A stretch of 24,000 bases of DNA. It comes from Bacillus phage vB_BanS-Thrax3. The stretch lies in the sequence record ON548419.1; one strand, given 5' to 3'. The notes below the pieces were generated by a model, which saw only the letters and a list, made by a program, of their open reading frames with translations, was not told the origin of the DNA and searched no databases. Made by a program: the position numbers and the translations under genes. Every line of letters starts with the position of its first letter. The first letter of the stretch is position 1. Below, piece after piece: positions 23,381 to 24,000 of this stretch.

Positions 23381-23409
23381 AATATACTACTCTCAATTTC
23401 TCCTGTCAA
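23381..23409 (-). promoter_or_regulatory. Promoter TTGACA-17-TATATT with CTATTGACAG operator
   Basis: CTATTGACAGGAGAAATTGAGAGTAGTATATT. Confidence 0.85.
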
Positions 23410-23734
23410 TAGATTATATGATTATTTTTTGCTTTTATAGGGGTGGAGTAAATCATTTTTTGGATTCACCTGTAGAATTGAAACAGTTTTGGCGCAAGAA
23501 TCTATGTATATGAGCATTTGGAGACAAGAGGGTATATTTAATATAAAAAAGGATAAAATCGTAGAATCAGAGCCGTTTTGAGCCTACTAAATGTATATAG
23601 TTGGGGAGTGGGTATTTAAAATACTGTCAATAGAGAGGATTTGCAATCGTTTTGTGGCAACGGATTTTCTTGATAAAATCTGTATTTTATACATATTTTA
23701 GGGTGCTAATTATTCCCTCTATAGACAGCATTCT

Positions 23735-23834
23735 AGAATTGCTCTTCTTTTCGGTCTACTACATGTATGCATTTAGGGGCTATTTCATGCGAAATCCTCT
23801 TAATCTCACAGAATTGCTCTTCTTTTCTGCCTAC
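23735..23834. repeat. 25-bp direct repeat pair (two mismatches), 75 bp apart
   Basis: AGAATTGCTCTTCTTTTCGGTCTAC at 23735-23759 and AGAATTGCTCTTCTTTTCTGCCTAC at 23810-23834. Confidence 0.9.
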
Positions 23835-23845
23835 GAACTGAAAAA

Positions 23846-23865
23846 CAGAGCCTAAATCGGCTCTG
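23846..23865 (-). terminator. Rho-independent terminator
   Basis: minus strand CAGAGCC-GATTTA-GGCTCTG then TTTTT. Confidence 0.88.
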
Positions 23866-24000
23866 CTCTCTTCCCTAGCAATCCATCAATAATATCATCT
23901 GGTGTCATGTTTCGTCTTGCTTCTAGTTCCGCATCTGTCAACAGGTCTTCAATCTTTACTTCTAAACTAGTTAACTTATCATCTTTTGATAAGCATACTG
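23852..24000 (-). CDS. C-terminal part of hypothetical protein (runs off right edge)
   Basis: ...VCLSKDDKLTSLEVKIEDLLTDAELEARRNMTPDDIIDGLLGKRAEPI*. Confidence 0.65.
   Translation of the reverse strand, partial: VCLSKDDKLTSLEVKIEDLLTDAELEARRNMTPDDIIDGLLGKRAEPI

Noticed and set aside
2866-23409. Spaced identical CTGTTGACAG boxes as a CRISPR array
   Set aside because: Too short, irregular spacing of hundreds to thousands of bp, and each is aligned with a -35 box.
2041-23855. All other plus-strand ORFs in the track
   Set aside because: Each overlies a better-supported minus-strand gene with SD sequence and start/stop coupling, or lies in AT-rich non-coding sequence.
1-24000. tRNA, rRNA or transposase genes
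   Set aside because: No recognisable cloverleaf, rRNA segment, IS inverted ends or transposase motifs were seen by eye; tRNAscan-SE and ISfinder would be decisive.

Overview
AT-rich phage or prophage window in which every supportable gene lies on the minus strand. It holds about 60 small, tightly packed, mostly uncharacterised early-type genes. At the left edge is a 324+ codon protein with a tyrosine-recombinase-like fold signature but no recognisable catalytic Arg, which I read as a possible SPbeta YopR/MrpR-type repressor (inference). At the right is a phage protein-kinase-like gene. Recognisable products include a SprT-like metallopeptidase, a class I SAM methyltransferase, a MazG-like pyrophosphatase, an HTH protein, lipoproteins, many zinc-ribbon microproteins and small membrane proteins. 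I read four features as the most interesting: (1) a dispersed set of about 19 sigma-A-like promoters with 17-18 bp spacing, most with the -35 box embedded in a common dyad CTRTTGACAG, suggesting a phage-wide operator regulon; three of these sites are centred in long, sequence-unrelated perfect or near-perfect palindromes. (2) A recurrent 18-nt intercistronic hairpin of fixed 6/6/6 geometry (ATAAAA-N6-TTTTAT), at least 12 copies, abutting Shine-Dalgarno sequences and often containing the upstream stop codon. (3) A ~129-nt, relatively GC-rich, highly structured RNA candidate at 15952-16080. (4) A promoter-to-terminator unit of about 50 nt without an ORF at 7334-7410. More than 15 small ORFs below the 60-codon cutoff of the supplied track were translated by hand.
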